Source: a virus (lineage: Duplodnaviria > Caudoviricetes). From it: a DNA stretch of 64,000 nucleotides. Of the stretch, positions 9,024 through 18,746 are shown one piece after another. The notes beneath the pieces are model-generated. The model was given only the letters and a program-made list of their open reading frames with translations, was not told the DNA's origin and did no database searches. Both the position numbers and the translations under genes were made by a program. The DNA lies in IMG/VR virus record IMGVR_UViG_3300037400_002261, positions 1 through 64,000 of that record, one strand, 5' to 3'. Every line of letters begins with the position of its first letter. The first letter of the stretch is position 1.

Positions 9024-9431
9024 TCAAACATCCATTGCATTACGGATGTAAGCTACCACTCCACTTGGAATATTGAATACATCTATTGCCCATGTAAATA
9101 TCTGTCCAGTGCAATCATATGCACTATATCTACAATGTATCCAATTATCTTCAATGAATTTCAGTTTCTCTTCTTCAGACCAATGCTGATCCTTAATGAA
9201 AACCTTCATCCAACCGCTATCATATTCCCAATGAGAAGCGGTTATTATACCAATCGGTTTCCCATAATAATCATAGTACAAATCATGTCTCTCTTTGAGC
9301 CACTTTCTGTACTCCTTTTTACATTCAATAATTTTATTATTAATCAATTCAATTTTTTCTTTATCTCCATTAAGTTGAGAGAGAATAAGATTGTTAATAA
9401 ACATCCTTTCGTGATAAATTTTATGGTTCAT
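9024..9431 (-). CDS. Hypothetical phage protein
   Basis: YDCTGQ.FT segment; RBS. Confidence 0.75.
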   Translation of the reverse strand: MNHKIYHERMFINNLILSQLNGDKEKIELINNKIIECKKEYRKWLKERHDLYYDYYGKPIGIITASHWEYDSGWMKVFIKDQHWSEEEKLKFIEDNWIHCRYSAYDCTGQIFTWAIDVFNIPSGVVAYIRNAMDV

Positions 9432-9605
9432 GCAATCACCTCTTTTAAATCGTTTCTTCGTTTAATATCCATTTAAGAATATCTATCTGAGCGTTTATTA
9501 CTGGGACATCTTCCCATGGGTCAGAGAAATTATTGCGAGGATCTTCCGACCAATCCCTATCGTCTTCAAGTTCTTTGATTTTCGCTTTAATTTCTTCTAT
9601 TGTTT

Positions 9606-9971
9606 TCATTCAATCACCTCCACATCATATTTAAGACGATGTTTAATGGCAGAATATACATTGCAATTAAACAACTCAATAGCTTCTTTTTCCTTTGCTT
9701 TACCACGCCTACTGCATGACACCAAGCATTCATCATAAATTTCAGGAATATTCTTATTGAGATGTATTGTGACTCTGTTCATAACTGCGTTTCCATATTT
9801 TTCATCGTAGATAGTATACTGACCAATCGGACGGATTGACCAAGTATATCCTTTTCCTTTTGTATAATCTAAATCTGCCATAATATAATTATCTTTAACA
9901 TTGCAATCATCTGTAATGTTAGTTGGCGTTCCATTGATATGAAAATAGACTGTTTTAATATTCATACTCAT
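9606..9971 (-). CDS. Hypothetical protein
   Basis: ORF track; overlapping stop/start. Confidence 0.7.
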   Translation of the reverse strand: MSMNIKTVYFHINGTPTNITDDCNVKDNYIMADLDYTKGKGYTWSIRPIGQYTIYDEKYGNAVMNRVTIHLNKNIPEIYDECLVSCSRRGKAKEKEAIELFNCNVYSAIKHRLKYDVEVIE

Positions 9972-10177
9972 TTCCTTTCATAATCTTCCAACACTTCATC
10001 AATCGTTCTCTTGTTCTGACGGCGAAATCCTCCTTTCTTTGTGCCGACAGGATTTATAACTCCATTATCAAACACCATACGCTGCCGCCACATATAGTGG
10101 CGATCATTTGTGTACTTTACATCAATGATTTTGTGTGGGTTTCTTTTGTTTCTGTATGTTTTAATATTCATTATCAA
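9968..10177 (-). CDS. Small basic hypothetical protein
   Basis: ORF track; overlapping stop/start. Confidence 0.7.
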   Translation of the reverse strand: MIMNIKTYRNKRNPHKIIDVKYTNDRHYMWRQRMVFDNGVINPVGTKKGGFRRQNKRTIDEVLEDYERK

Positions 10178-10509
10178 TATTCCTCATCTTCATCTTCTTC
10201 ATAATATTCCTCATAATATTCTTCTGGTTTACCAAGAACTGCAAAGATTTCGTCATCAATACAATTCCATTCTCCATCTGTGCAATCATTCAATCCCCAC
10301 CATTTACCACCATGTTTAATAACTTCATCAATTTCGTCATCCGTTGCTTCTCGATCATAATTATCTTCAATCCTCATAGCAATATCTTCACGACCAAATA
10401 GTTTCATTCCGAAATAATCATCTCGGAAAAATACATCATACTTATAAATATTTCCTTCTTTCAGTACTTCCTGATTTCCATTGTCATCAATATAAATAAT
10501 TTTTGCCAT
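10174..10509 (-). CDS. Acidic hypothetical protein
   Basis: ORF track; AGGAG RBS. Confidence 0.75.
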   Translation of the reverse strand: MAKIIYIDDNGNQEVLKEGNIYKYDVFFRDDYFGMKLFGREDIAMRIEDNYDREATDDEIDEVIKHGGKWWGLNDCTDGEWNCIDDEIFAVLGKPEEYYEEYYEEDEDEEY

Positions 10510-10527
10510 AATTTATTCTCCTATTTT

Positions 10528-10821
10528 TTAAATCATTTCGCTTATTTCTACATCACCAAAATGAATATCCATTTTATTAATCCCAATCTGATAAGGTTTA
10601 CTTACTCCCAAACTCTGATTTGGATTAATATGTGGTTCAATTTCCACAATCAGAAACTTCGGATACTCGGCTACCACATGAGCGGGTAACCACACATCAT
10701 GGTAAAGAAAATGATCCCATGCATCATTTAATTTAATTCTAATCGGTTTCCCTGTGAGATTGTAGGTTTTGTAGGTAATTCCAGTACCTACAATTCTGTC
10801 TGAACAAGCATTCATTTGCAT
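10528..10821 (-). CDS. Hypothetical protein
   Basis: ORF track; AAGGAGG RBS. Confidence 0.7.
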   Translation of the reverse strand: MQMNACSDRIVGTGITYKTYNLTGKPIRIKLNDAWDHFLYHDVWLPAHVVAEYPKFLIVEIEPHINPNQSLGVSKPYQIGINKMDIHFGDVEISEMI

Positions 10822-11003
10822 TCCTCCTTTTCATAAATCTTGACCCTCTGAAGAAGATCCATCATCGCAATATAACGACCGTAATTTCGGTCATTACGTT
10901 GGGTTTCATCCTCAAGAGTTTTCTGAACGTCATTAAACACATCCATTATAGCTTTAATAATTTCTTCTTTCTTTTTCGGGCTTGTGTATTTCATACGTAT
11001 CAT
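10812..11003 (-). CDS. Hypothetical protein
   Basis: ORF track. Confidence 0.65.
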   Translation of the reverse strand: MIRMKYTSPKKKEEIIKAIMDVFNDVQKTLEDETQRNDRNYGRYIAMMDLLQRVKIYEKEECK

Positions 11004-11239
11004 CTCCTTTCTCTGATGTTCCCTTTGTAAATTTTGAATTCCTGATAACTGGCATAAGCATATGCATTATCATATATATCTACATCATGAATATGCCATA
11101 CTTCATTTTCCTTCAAACCATATCTGGCTTTATTGAGAGCGTCCATGATTTTCTTAGCAGACCGCTCACTTACCTTATGAGCAGTTGATGCTCTGAAAAA
11201 ATATTCTTGACCTTTTAAAGATACTGCAAGCACTTTCAT
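11000..11239 (-). CDS. Hypothetical protein
   Basis: ORF track; GAGGAGG RBS. Confidence 0.75.
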   Translation of the reverse strand: MKVLAVSLKGQEYFFRASTAHKVSERSAKKIMDALNKARYGLKENEVWHIHDVDIYDNAYAYASYQEFKIYKGNIRERR

Positions 11240-11251
11240 TTGTATTCCTCC

Positions 11252-11569
11252 TCAATGCTCTTCCATATATCCAACATCAAGCGTTTCCATAGTTCCAAAT
11301 TTCATCCTGATTTCCACTCTAAGCGGATCTAATTTTCCAGTATAAGGATTTGTGTTACACCAAACACCACGATACTCACAAGATGGATACGGACTAAATT
11401 CCATTCTATATTCATCGTATGTATTGTAAGGTTTCAACCAATCTAACCTACGAATTTTTATATCGTAGCAATCATCAAATTCCATACGTTTAAATATTTC
11501 CATTGCAGTTTCAATAACTGGTTCTTGCATTTCACCCTCAATTTCATAAGTAACTAAATATTTGTTCAT
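11252..11569 (-). CDS. Hypothetical protein
   Basis: Start MNKYLV after AAAGGAG. Confidence 0.7.
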   Translation of the reverse strand: MNKYLVTYEIEGEMQEPVIETAMEIFKRMEFDDCYDIKIRRLDWLKPYNTYDEYRMEFSPYPSCEYRGVWCNTNPYTGKLDPLRVEIRMKFGTMETLDVGYMEEH

Positions 11570-11775
11570 TATGCAATCTCCTTTCCGTAACAAATAATCT
11601 CACGAAGAGAAATATTCCAATCATTCGGAAAAATTCCCTTGATAAACTGGAATTTCTCCATTGCTTTCTCAGGAAGACAATCACCGAGTTCAATACGGCA
11701 ATAATGTCTACCATAAGCTGCGTTTCTTTCTGATGGTGTAACTACATTGATTTCATAATTTCTTGGAATCTGCAT
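11569..11775 (-). CDS. Hypothetical protein
   Basis: AAGGAGG RBS. Confidence 0.7.
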   Translation of the reverse strand: MQIPRNYEINVVTPSERNAAYGRHYCRIELGDCLPEKAMEKFQFIKGIFPNDWNISLREIICYGKEIA

Positions 11776-11781
11776 CTTAAT

Positions 11782-12144
11782 TTACCTCCTTAATTCTTCT
11801 TCAACCATTTCCGTTAACTCATCATAATCAACTGGGCGATTGTTAATCTCCCAGAGTGTCCAGTTACCATGAATATTATATTTCTGGAGAATGTTCAGAA
11901 TTTCTTCATACTTCATTTCGCTCTGAGCAGCGATTTTTGTTGCTGTCCATCTACGTCGGTTTTCAATGTCAAAATCTGGTGCAATCTCCTCTAAATCTCC
12001 GTTCTTGTTAAGCGCACATTCCAGAAAACGTTCGAATGTATCTGGAAATAACTTATCAACGGTTTCTTTTTTGATCTCCGAATAATGTTTTTTAAGTTCT
12101 TCGATTGTATAGATTTTTCCATAACTATCACGGTATTTTTTCAT
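11782..12144 (-). CDS. Hypothetical protein
   Basis: GGAGG RBS. Confidence 0.75.
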   Translation of the reverse strand: MKKYRDSYGKIYTIEELKKHYSEIKKETVDKLFPDTFERFLECALNKNGDLEEIAPDFDIENRRRWTATKIAAQSEMKYEEILNILQKYNIHGNWTLWEINNRPVDYDELTEMVEEELRR

Positions 12145-12146
12145 TA

Positions 12147-12530
12147 TTATTCCTCCGTGTATAATTCAATAGTAATATTATTAAAAGCCTCATAGAATGC
12201 CATAACAATATCCTTAACATCACGACATTTTGCCTTGTTGAGACGGATTTTTGTAAGTCGATCCCATGAATCCTCATACATGTTCTTTCCAAGCGTTTGT
12301 TTGTATCTTTTATCAATACCAAGGCAACGCTTCATGTGAGTTTTGTCGGCAAAGAAACCAGTAAGTTGATATTTTTCTTTACCATCATTCTCATCAGTGT
12401 ATTCATACACCATAATCAAACATGCATTTCCGTTATAAAGATTGCTTACAAAGTCTTTTTTGACTCCATCAATCTCCTGAGTAAAAGTAACCTCGCCAAC
12501 CTTTTTATCCCAATTCCAGTTAAGACTCAT
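12147..12530 (-). CDS. Hypothetical phage protein
   Basis: ORF track; overlapping stop/start. Confidence 0.75.
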   Translation of the reverse strand: MSLNWNWDKKVGEVTFTQEIDGVKKDFVSNLYNGNACLIMVYEYTDENDGKEKYQLTGFFADKTHMKRCLGIDKRYKQTLGKNMYEDSWDRLTKIRLNKAKCRDVKDIVMAFYEAFNNITIELYTEE

Positions 12531-13015
12531 ACGTTTTCCCTCCTAAATTCATCAAATATTTTCTCTGCGTGACACTGTTTAATAAATGAACGATAAAGCT
12601 CAAGTTCCTTTTCAAAAGCGGAAACTTTTTCTCTTGCATTATCTCGCTCATTAAGAACTTGACGATTAATAGCAGTGAAGAATGTGTATTTTGATGTTGA
12701 CGGCAAATCACAGTAGTCTTCATAAACTACGTTTCCGTCTTCATCAAGAAGTTCCATCCACATTTTACAAAACAGCGGATGAGTTACATTATTTGCATTG
12801 CTAAGATATATCTGGTCAGGACAAATTGACCACAGCATAAACGTTTTCCACGCTTTCCCGTCAATACTTTCTGCCCCAGTGTAAACCTCATGAGGTTTGT
12901 CTTCTTCAAACACTTTTGTCTTAAATAGTTCCCATGGATTGGGATATGTCTTAAGACGTTCCAAGTCTTTTTCGTTATCTATATATTCGATTGTATAACG
13001 TTTTCTCAGTTTCAT
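12527..13015 (-). CDS. Hypothetical protein
   Basis: ORF track; GAGGTGA RBS. Confidence 0.75.
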   Translation of the reverse strand: MKLRKRYTIEYIDNEKDLERLKTYPNPWELFKTKVFEEDKPHEVYTGAESIDGKAWKTFMLWSICPDQIYLSNANNVTHPLFCKMWMELLDEDGNVVYEDYCDLPSTSKYTFFTAINRQVLNERDNAREKVSAFEKELELYRSFIKQCHAEKIFDEFRRENV

Positions 13016-13293
13016 TCAATCACCTCTATTCCCTTTATAAAACTATCTGGGTCATTAGGATCGGTAATTTCATTTTCATCCAGAATACGATATTTGATAT
13101 TTGCTTCGTCCATTAATATCATTGACGGTTCAGCATATCCTACCTGTTCGTAGTCAGGATATTCTTCTGGATTATTCCATTGATACCAACCCTCCAAGGC
13201 AATTTCCTTTGCCTTTTCATAATCTTTCTCTTCGACTTCAACACCGAATCCCATCTGATTCATAGTGCTCCAAATAATAAATACTTTTTTCAT
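13012..13293 (-). CDS. Hypothetical protein
   Basis: AAGGAGGT RBS. Confidence 0.75.
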   Translation of the reverse strand: MKKVFIIWSTMNQMGFGVEVEEKDYEKAKEIALEGWYQWNNPEEYPDYEQVGYAEPSMILMDEANIKYRILDENEITDPNDPDSFIKGIEVIE

Positions 13294-13535
13294 GACTTTA
13301 CCTCCTTCTCTACAACAGTGCGATTGACTCCTGCAAGTTCAATCCATCCGTTGTTAGTCATCCAATCTATGAACGGATGCCAACTTGTTTCCATTGAAAA
13401 ACACGGAAATGGATTCCATCCACGGAAAGTAACATGGAATACACAATCCTTTTTCCGTTCGGAAATAACCTTACAGGTTTTTCCTGTGGAAATATTGATA
13501 AAATCATGAACCTCAGTTACAGTAATTTTAGTCAT
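13290..13535 (-). CDS. Hypothetical protein
   Basis: Start MTKITV after AAAGGAG. Confidence 0.7.
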   Translation of the reverse strand: MTKITVTEVHDFINISTGKTCKVISERKKDCVFHVTFRGWNPFPCFSMETSWHPFIDWMTNNGWIELAGVNRTVVEKEVKS

Positions 13536-13562
13536 CGAGTTACTCCTTTCTTTTTGAAACAT

Positions 13563-13703
13563 AATTTAATATCACATGACTACTGGCGAACGCATTCACC
13601 AGTAGATTCTGATATTAAATTGTAATTACCGCTAAATTTCAATTTGCCTTAATTAAAAAGCACCGTACATTTGGTGTCCTGTTTGCTCATGAAATTCAGC
13701 GGT
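13563..13703 (-). ncRNA. Candidate structured RNA (two long tandem hairpins)
   Basis: 12-bp inverted repeat 13563-13574/13610-13621 enclosing an 11-bp hairpin; second 14-bp stem 13628-13641/13690-13703; mismatches become G-U only on the minus strand. Confidence 0.5.
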
Positions 13704-13731
13704 TTAATAATCAACTGAAATAATCAATTAA

Positions 13732-14031
13732 TCAGCGGTCTGGACATTCGCTCCAGCCAAATCTGTCGCAGTAGTATGGCTTTCCGTCAAGTATAACTAC
13801 GTCACTCATACTCAGAGATCTTCCGCAGTATTCAGATGGACGCTCTTCGGTATTGAATATTCTGAAGAGTTTTTCGAGCGCACCGTTAATGGTTTCGCTT
13901 TCAATAGTTCCACGCCAGACAGGAACATAAGCGTTTAAACTCCAGTTATGTTTCATAGCATATTCAAAATCCATAAAACAATAGTCGGTAGAAACGGGTG
14001 TCATATAGATAATATATTCTCTTTTTTTCAT
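13732..14031 (-). CDS. YodL-domain protein
   Basis: LE.LF..FN...RP..Y.GRSLSMSDVV.L...YYCD.FGW signature. Confidence 0.8.
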   Translation of the reverse strand: MKKREYIIYMTPVSTDYCFMDFEYAMKHNWSLNAYVPVWRGTIESETINGALEKLFRIFNTEERPSEYCGRSLSMSDVVILDGKPYYCDRFGWSECPDR

Positions 14032-14046
14032 AATATTTTTCCTTTC

Positions 14047-14301
14047 TTAGAAAATCTCAGTAAGAAGAACATCTCTTAAATCTTTAATAGCCTTTGACAT
14101 CTCACACATTTTCAAGTGAGCATACATTTCACTCACTGTTTTCGGTTCTTTTGCATTGTTGATTTCGTCATCCAACCCCGCTTTATAACCTTCCAACAGA
14201 TACCAGATTGTAAATTTCTGGTCTGTTTCGCTCAGTTTGTCGAGAAATTTCGAGAACTGAGTATAATGGGCTTGCATCGGGTCGATTTTGATTTCTTTCA
14301 T
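14047..14301 (-). CDS. Hypothetical protein
   Basis: AAGGAGG RBS. Confidence 0.7.
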   Translation of the reverse strand: MKEIKIDPMQAHYTQFSKFLDKLSETDQKFTIWYLLEGYKAGLDDEINNAKEPKTVSEMYAHLKMCEMSKAIKDLRDVLLTEIF

Positions 14302-14315
14302 AGTGCGTCCTCCTT

Positions 14316-14591
14316 TTAATAATTCATGTGAAGACCAAAGAGCGGTTTCCCCGTTTTCCGTTCGTTGATTTCAAATCCATCACCAAGATTAATAACTTCC
14401 AATTTTCTCATATCGGAAGTCGCAAGCATTTTTATCGACTTGAGATATTCGCATATTTCCTTTGGCGTTGCATCATCCGTAATACTAATATCATCTTTTT
14501 CGATACACTGGTTGTTAACCTCATAACCGTCTTTCTTGTTTCCCCACACATCAAAATAATTAATAAGCGTGTATGTGTTTACGTTTGCCAT
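14316..14591 (-). CDS. Hypothetical phage protein
   Basis: YFDVWGN..DGYEVNN segment; AAGGAGG RBS. Confidence 0.75.
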   Translation of the reverse strand: MANVNTYTLINYFDVWGNKKDGYEVNNQCIEKDDISITDDATPKEICEYLKSIKMLATSDMRKLEVINLGDGFEINERKTGKPLFGLHMNY

Positions 14592-14614
14592 AATATATCC
14601 TCCTTGTTTTAATA

Positions 14615-14642
14615 ATTATATTTATGTTTTGCTTTTTGTCAA
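14615..14642 (-). promoter_or_regulatory. Sigma-A-type early promoter
   Basis: TTGACA-16 nt-TATAAT on the minus strand just upstream of an RBS. Confidence 0.7.
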
Positions 14643-14650
14643 CACAAACT

Positions 14651-14839
14651 TTAACAGATATATCCTGTTAATTTTCCTTGACGGTTAATCCTGTGTACTT
14701 CTTTTTGTGCATCAATAGATATATTGCCAAGACGGTCAATTTCTCTTATAGTTATCATTGCTTTCATATAGTATTTCATTACGTCTGAAGCATACTTTTC
14801 TGGATGCAATTCCTGTTTTCTTTTTGCAGATGTTCCCAT
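14651..14839 (-). CDS. Hypothetical protein
   Basis: AAAGGAG RBS. Confidence 0.65.
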   Translation of the reverse strand: MGTSAKRKQELHPEKYASDVMKYYMKAMITIREIDRLGNISIDAQKEVHRINRQGKLTGYIC

Positions 14840-14856
14840 CTTTAATCTCCTTTCTA

Positions 14857-15150
14857 TTATAATTTAATAATAATTGTTGATCCATCATCTGTGAAAGAAC
14901 CACGACCTCCGAAACCATCACCATGAATTTCGTAATATTGTCTTCCGTTAGATAAAGTATGAATTTCACACTCTGCCTTGAGAAGATTGTACATAACTGC
15001 ATCAATTCCAGCAGTATTATCAGGAATATCAAATTTTCCAGTTCCATTCATAGCTCTGATAATTTTCTTGACAAGTTCCTTTGTTTTACGACTGTATGAT
15101 GTTTCAATAAAAACATCTTTACCTTTTGCATAAAGTGTAAATCCTTTCAT
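14857..15150 (-). CDS. Hypothetical protein
   Basis: AAGGAGG RBS. Confidence 0.75.
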   Translation of the reverse strand: MKGFTLYAKGKDVFIETSYSRKTKELVKKIIRAMNGTGKFDIPDNTAGIDAVMYNLLKAECEIHTLSNGRQYYEIHGDGFGGRGSFTDDGSTIIIKL

Positions 15151-15161
15151 AATACCTCCTT

Positions 15162-16679
15162 TTAAGCAACTAAGATTTTTTCTTTTGCAAGTGCTTCTGC
15201 AAGAGCGTTGGTGAAACCAATAATTTTTTCATCTTCAACTCTCTTATTATAATCATATCTGCACTGTACTACTCTTCCATGACAATATTCCATTGCTATA
15301 TACGGTGCAGTCGGATCTTCAATGCGTCTAACAAAAAATATAAGTGTTTTGCCTTCCGCATATCTATCCACATAAGTCCCAAGACAATTATGAAGTGCTT
15401 TTCCCTCCCTTCTAAGTTCATCAACTGTCTCAGGAATTAATACCTGAAGTCCATCTGACCCAATAAAAAACTTACATAATTCCTTATTGTTGTGTAGTCC
15501 AATAGAAATGTTTTTAATTAAGTTGTTATGAAATATATCTTCGTTCTGCTTAATAATATCCAGATTTCTCATATATTCATTAGATACACGATTATCTGAT
15601 TTGCGAAAATCTTTTGGATATAGATTACTCTTATCGAGTTTATATCTTAATTTTATTAACATACTAACATAATGTATCCACTCGTTATGATTACATCCAG
15701 TCTTAATAAAATATTTAAGTGTTTTCTCAAGACTTAGACGATAGTTGATGATTTGGTTTATTACATCATCATTTACCTTAGACCGAAGACATAAATCAAT
15801 CAACTCCTGGTTAATATTGGGAATTATTTTGATTAATTGATATGCTTTTATAGTTTGATTTTCTCTTAATAATTTCAGTTGGTTTTTATTGATACCCAAC
15901 ATACCTTTTAAAGATGTTTTGTTGGAAATAGGATTGATACACATTTTTCTTGCGTAATAATTTTTTCCCCACATATCAAAATCATCTTTTGCCAGTTCTG
16001 TAAGACCTGCCTTACACAATTTTTCATATAAGTTTTTTCTATCTACAAGAACACTTATACTTGTGTGTGCATATAAACTTGAATGGGTAAAACTATTCAT
16101 AAACTCAAAATCTTTCAGACAATCGAGCTTTTTAAGTTCCTTTTTCCAAAGAGGTTTATATCCATCAGCAGGAAGACAACACCATTTACGGAAATTCCAC
16201 ATATAATATTCTGCAAAAAATCTACGACTTGAATATTTCCATTCTCCATCAATCATCTCAAATGTATGATATGATTCAGTTATTGGATTATAAACAAGCC
16301 TTGCACATTCTTCCACCTCTTCATGTTTACCCACTTTAAAACAAACGACATATCTAAGCATCAACGTTGTATTGTCGATTGCCTTTGGGATAGCAATCCA
16401 GTCGATTGTTTCAGGAAAAGATTTTACTCTCCATTCATGAATTACTTCCATTTCCTTTCCACAAACTGGACAATTAATTTTATCACGATGTTTTGTCTTT
16501 GGAAGATTGGTTTCATTTTTGCATCTTGTACAATAACCATGATGTTTTCCATCATTGTCTTTGCTAACAAGAATATAATGTGCAGTTTCCTTTCGTATCC
16601 ATTCCGTCTGGAACGAAGTTAACTTAGGGATATTAACCATATACTTTTTAATAAGTCTTTCTTTTTCAGATTTTCTCAT
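15162..16679 (-). CDS. PcfJ-like protein
   Basis: N-terminal CTRC...CPVC; C-terminal P....EL..EG..LHNCLG.Y...Y..G...IFFVR....P..PY...E...VQ motif. Confidence 0.8.
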   Translation of the reverse strand: MRKSEKERLIKKYMVNIPKLTSFQTEWIRKETAHYILVSKDNDGKHHGYCTRCKNETNLPKTKHRDKINCPVCGKEMEVIHEWRVKSFPETIDWIAIPKAIDNTTLMLRYVVCFKVGKHEEVEECARLVYNPITESYHTFEMIDGEWKYSSRRFFAEYYMWNFRKWCCLPADGYKPLWKKELKKLDCLKDFEFMNSFTHSSLYAHTSISVLVDRKNLYEKLCKAGLTELAKDDFDMWGKNYYARKMCINPISNKTSLKGMLGINKNQLKLLRENQTIKAYQLIKIIPNINQELIDLCLRSKVNDDVINQIINYRLSLEKTLKYFIKTGCNHNEWIHYVSMLIKLRYKLDKSNLYPKDFRKSDNRVSNEYMRNLDIIKQNEDIFHNNLIKNISIGLHNNKELCKFFIGSDGLQVLIPETVDELRREGKALHNCLGTYVDRYAEGKTLIFFVRRIEDPTAPYIAMEYCHGRVVQCRYDYNKRVEDEKIIGFTNALAEALAKEKILVA

Positions 16680-17839
16680 TTTTTTGCTCCTTTACTAGTA
16701 GCTTTGATTAATGTATTTTTCTTAGTTTCTATTGGTTTCTTAGGTTCTTCACTATTGAAGTAGTCTATTGCATACTTCAAAGCTGTGTCAGCAGTCATTA
16801 CAGCCACATTACCAACTCTCATACAATAACCTTCCCTTGCCTTATTAGCAAAATACTGGAAAGCACCAATATAAGATTTTTCAGGTCGCATTACATTATC
16901 AAGAAACTCCTGATCCGAAACACAAGCCTCAAGTATACCATCAATAACATATTCGGTATCTCTGTCACCTTTAAACATCTCCCGCTCTTTGTTCAGTTTC
17001 GCTTCGGCTTCTTCGTAGCTATGATGTTTATTGGTCGGCTGAAGTCTCTTAATTGTTGTAGTATCTTTCTTCGGAAATTTGATGATATTCCCCGTTTCCT
17101 TTGATGGCTCAATAATTTTCTCTTTAACGGTTAACTTGCTTATTTTTGTTGCAATATCATGTTCATCGGTATTTTTCTCAACAATTTTGTCGGTTGATTT
17201 TAGTGATTCAAGCTGTTTTAATTTTGCTTTACAACGAGTCAACCTCGTTTTATTTCCAGATGGTTTCATTTCCATCTTTAAAATTGCTGCTTTAAGCTGA
17301 TTAACAGTTGCTTTCTTTATCGGATAATTTCCGTCATTAACAGGGATAGATGTAAGAGCATGGATAATTTTTTCATCTTCTGTAGTCTCTTTTGTTGTTA
17401 TAGTATCTATATTTATAGGTTTCTTTGGTGCTTCAACAGGTTCTCTTGCAAAAATATTACCAAGAATATCTCTAAGAGTTTCTGTTTCGGAAGTGTTCAA
17501 TGTTACACTTTTAATACTATAGTTATCAGAAAATAATCGGATATCATATCCATACTTTGTTAACTGAACAACAATTTCATTTTTGCCTTGCTGAATTTTA
17601 CCAAACACCTTTATTTTCTTTTCAGAAAAGTCAATATCTGCAAGAATATTATATATCTCATTAGCTTCTTCTTGAGAGATAGAAATACCTTTCGTAAATC
17701 TTTCCTCTCCATTGTAATCATACCAACCACGGATATCGTACTTTTCTGGCTTATTATACCATGAAAGAATCCTAAGCTCCATTGTGTTGTTTTTACGATT
17801 TCCAATAACACCAAGTTTCTTTTTAATACTTACTGACAT
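16676..17839 (-). CDS. YdbC/PC4-like domain fused to a PcfK-like C-terminal domain
   Basis: N-term I.KKLGVI...ELR.LSW....KYDIRGW...KGIS; C-term D..F...V....KS...AFQY..NKA...A.DYFN; directly upstream of pcfJ. Confidence 0.65.
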   Translation of the reverse strand: MSVSIKKKLGVIGNRKNNTMELRILSWYNKPEKYDIRGWYDYNGEERFTKGISISQEEANEIYNILADIDFSEKKIKVFGKIQQGKNEIVVQLTKYGYDIRLFSDNYSIKSVTLNTSETETLRDILGNIFAREPVEAPKKPINIDTITTKETTEDEKIIHALTSIPVNDGNYPIKKATVNQLKAAILKMEMKPSGNKTRLTRCKAKLKQLESLKSTDKIVEKNTDEHDIATKISKLTVKEKIIEPSKETGNIIKFPKKDTTTIKRLQPTNKHHSYEEAEAKLNKEREMFKGDRDTEYVIDGILEACVSDQEFLDNVMRPEKSYIGAFQYFANKAREGYCMRVGNVAVMTADTALKYAIDYFNSEEPKKPIETKKNTLIKATSKGAKK

Positions 17840-17863
17840 ATTCTTCCCTCCCATTATATAATC

Positions 17864-18385
17864 TTATAACTGAATCATTTTGTTAAAGTTCCAATGTTTC
17901 TCTTTAAAACTATCTGCACTCATATACAGATTTGCTTTAAGTTTTTCTGCGAATTTTAAACCCTCCCTTCTCTGGAATAAGAGTCCTTCCCAATCAATAG
18001 TTGAAATACTCTCTTCATTGCATCTACATCCAGTACCAGTTCCATTTGAAGGGATATATTCAATACAAAAGTCCCATCCCCAAAAATCTCCGTTTTGTAT
18101 ATACATGATTGTATCAATAGGACAAGGTTCATTTAATTCCTTTATCAATTTCTTTGGGAAAATCATAAATCCATAATCATATGCATCATCTCCAGGAGTA
18201 ACATAACACTCGCAACCATGAGATTTCGCAAGTTTAAGGATTTCAATCAATTCCATACGGCGCTGAATAGCACGAGTATAATAAGGATTTGCTTTATTGA
18301 CAAACCACTCATCGAATTGCTCCTGTGTGATTTCCATTCTTCCTTCGAGAAAATCAATAGCTTCTTTCGGTACGTTTCTTTTCAT
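17864..18385 (-). CDS. Hypothetical protein
   Basis: AAAGGAG RBS. Confidence 0.75.
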   Translation of the reverse strand: MKRNVPKEAIDFLEGRMEITQEQFDEWFVNKANPYYTRAIQRRMELIEILKLAKSHGCECYVTPGDDAYDYGFMIFPKKLIKELNEPCPIDTIMYIQNGDFWGWDFCIEYIPSNGTGTGCRCNEESISTIDWEGLLFQRREGLKFAEKLKANLYMSADSFKEKHWNFNKMIQL

Positions 18386-18554
18386 AGCGTTCTCCTTTCA
18401 CTTAATAAATTAGTGAATTAATCCGTTACTAAGAAAAATATTGTCAATATATCCTGCATACAATAATGCAGAAACAAATAATACAGTAACAAACATATAG
18501 AATATTTTCCGTTTCATTGTATCCTCCTTTAATATATGAGTTATGGATTGGCAT

Positions 18555-18746
18555 TTAGCCAATCCACCTCATTTCCGTTACATCAAATGTCGCACCATTT
18601 GCATCCTGATACTCGGCATCTGGTGAATAGGTAAACACCCAAAGTGTATGATTGTTTACCTTGGTTACCTTTCTTTTACCCCATTCCATTGCAAATTTTT
18701 CACGGTATCCAGCAGATTCCCAAGCAATTTTTCCAATTCCTTTCAT
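18555..18746 (-). CDS. Small phage protein
   Basis: YQDANGATFD segment; GGAGG RBS. Confidence 0.7.
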   Translation of the reverse strand: MKGIGKIAWESAGYREKFAMEWGKRKVTKVNNHTLWVFTYSPDAEYQDANGATFDVTEMRWIG

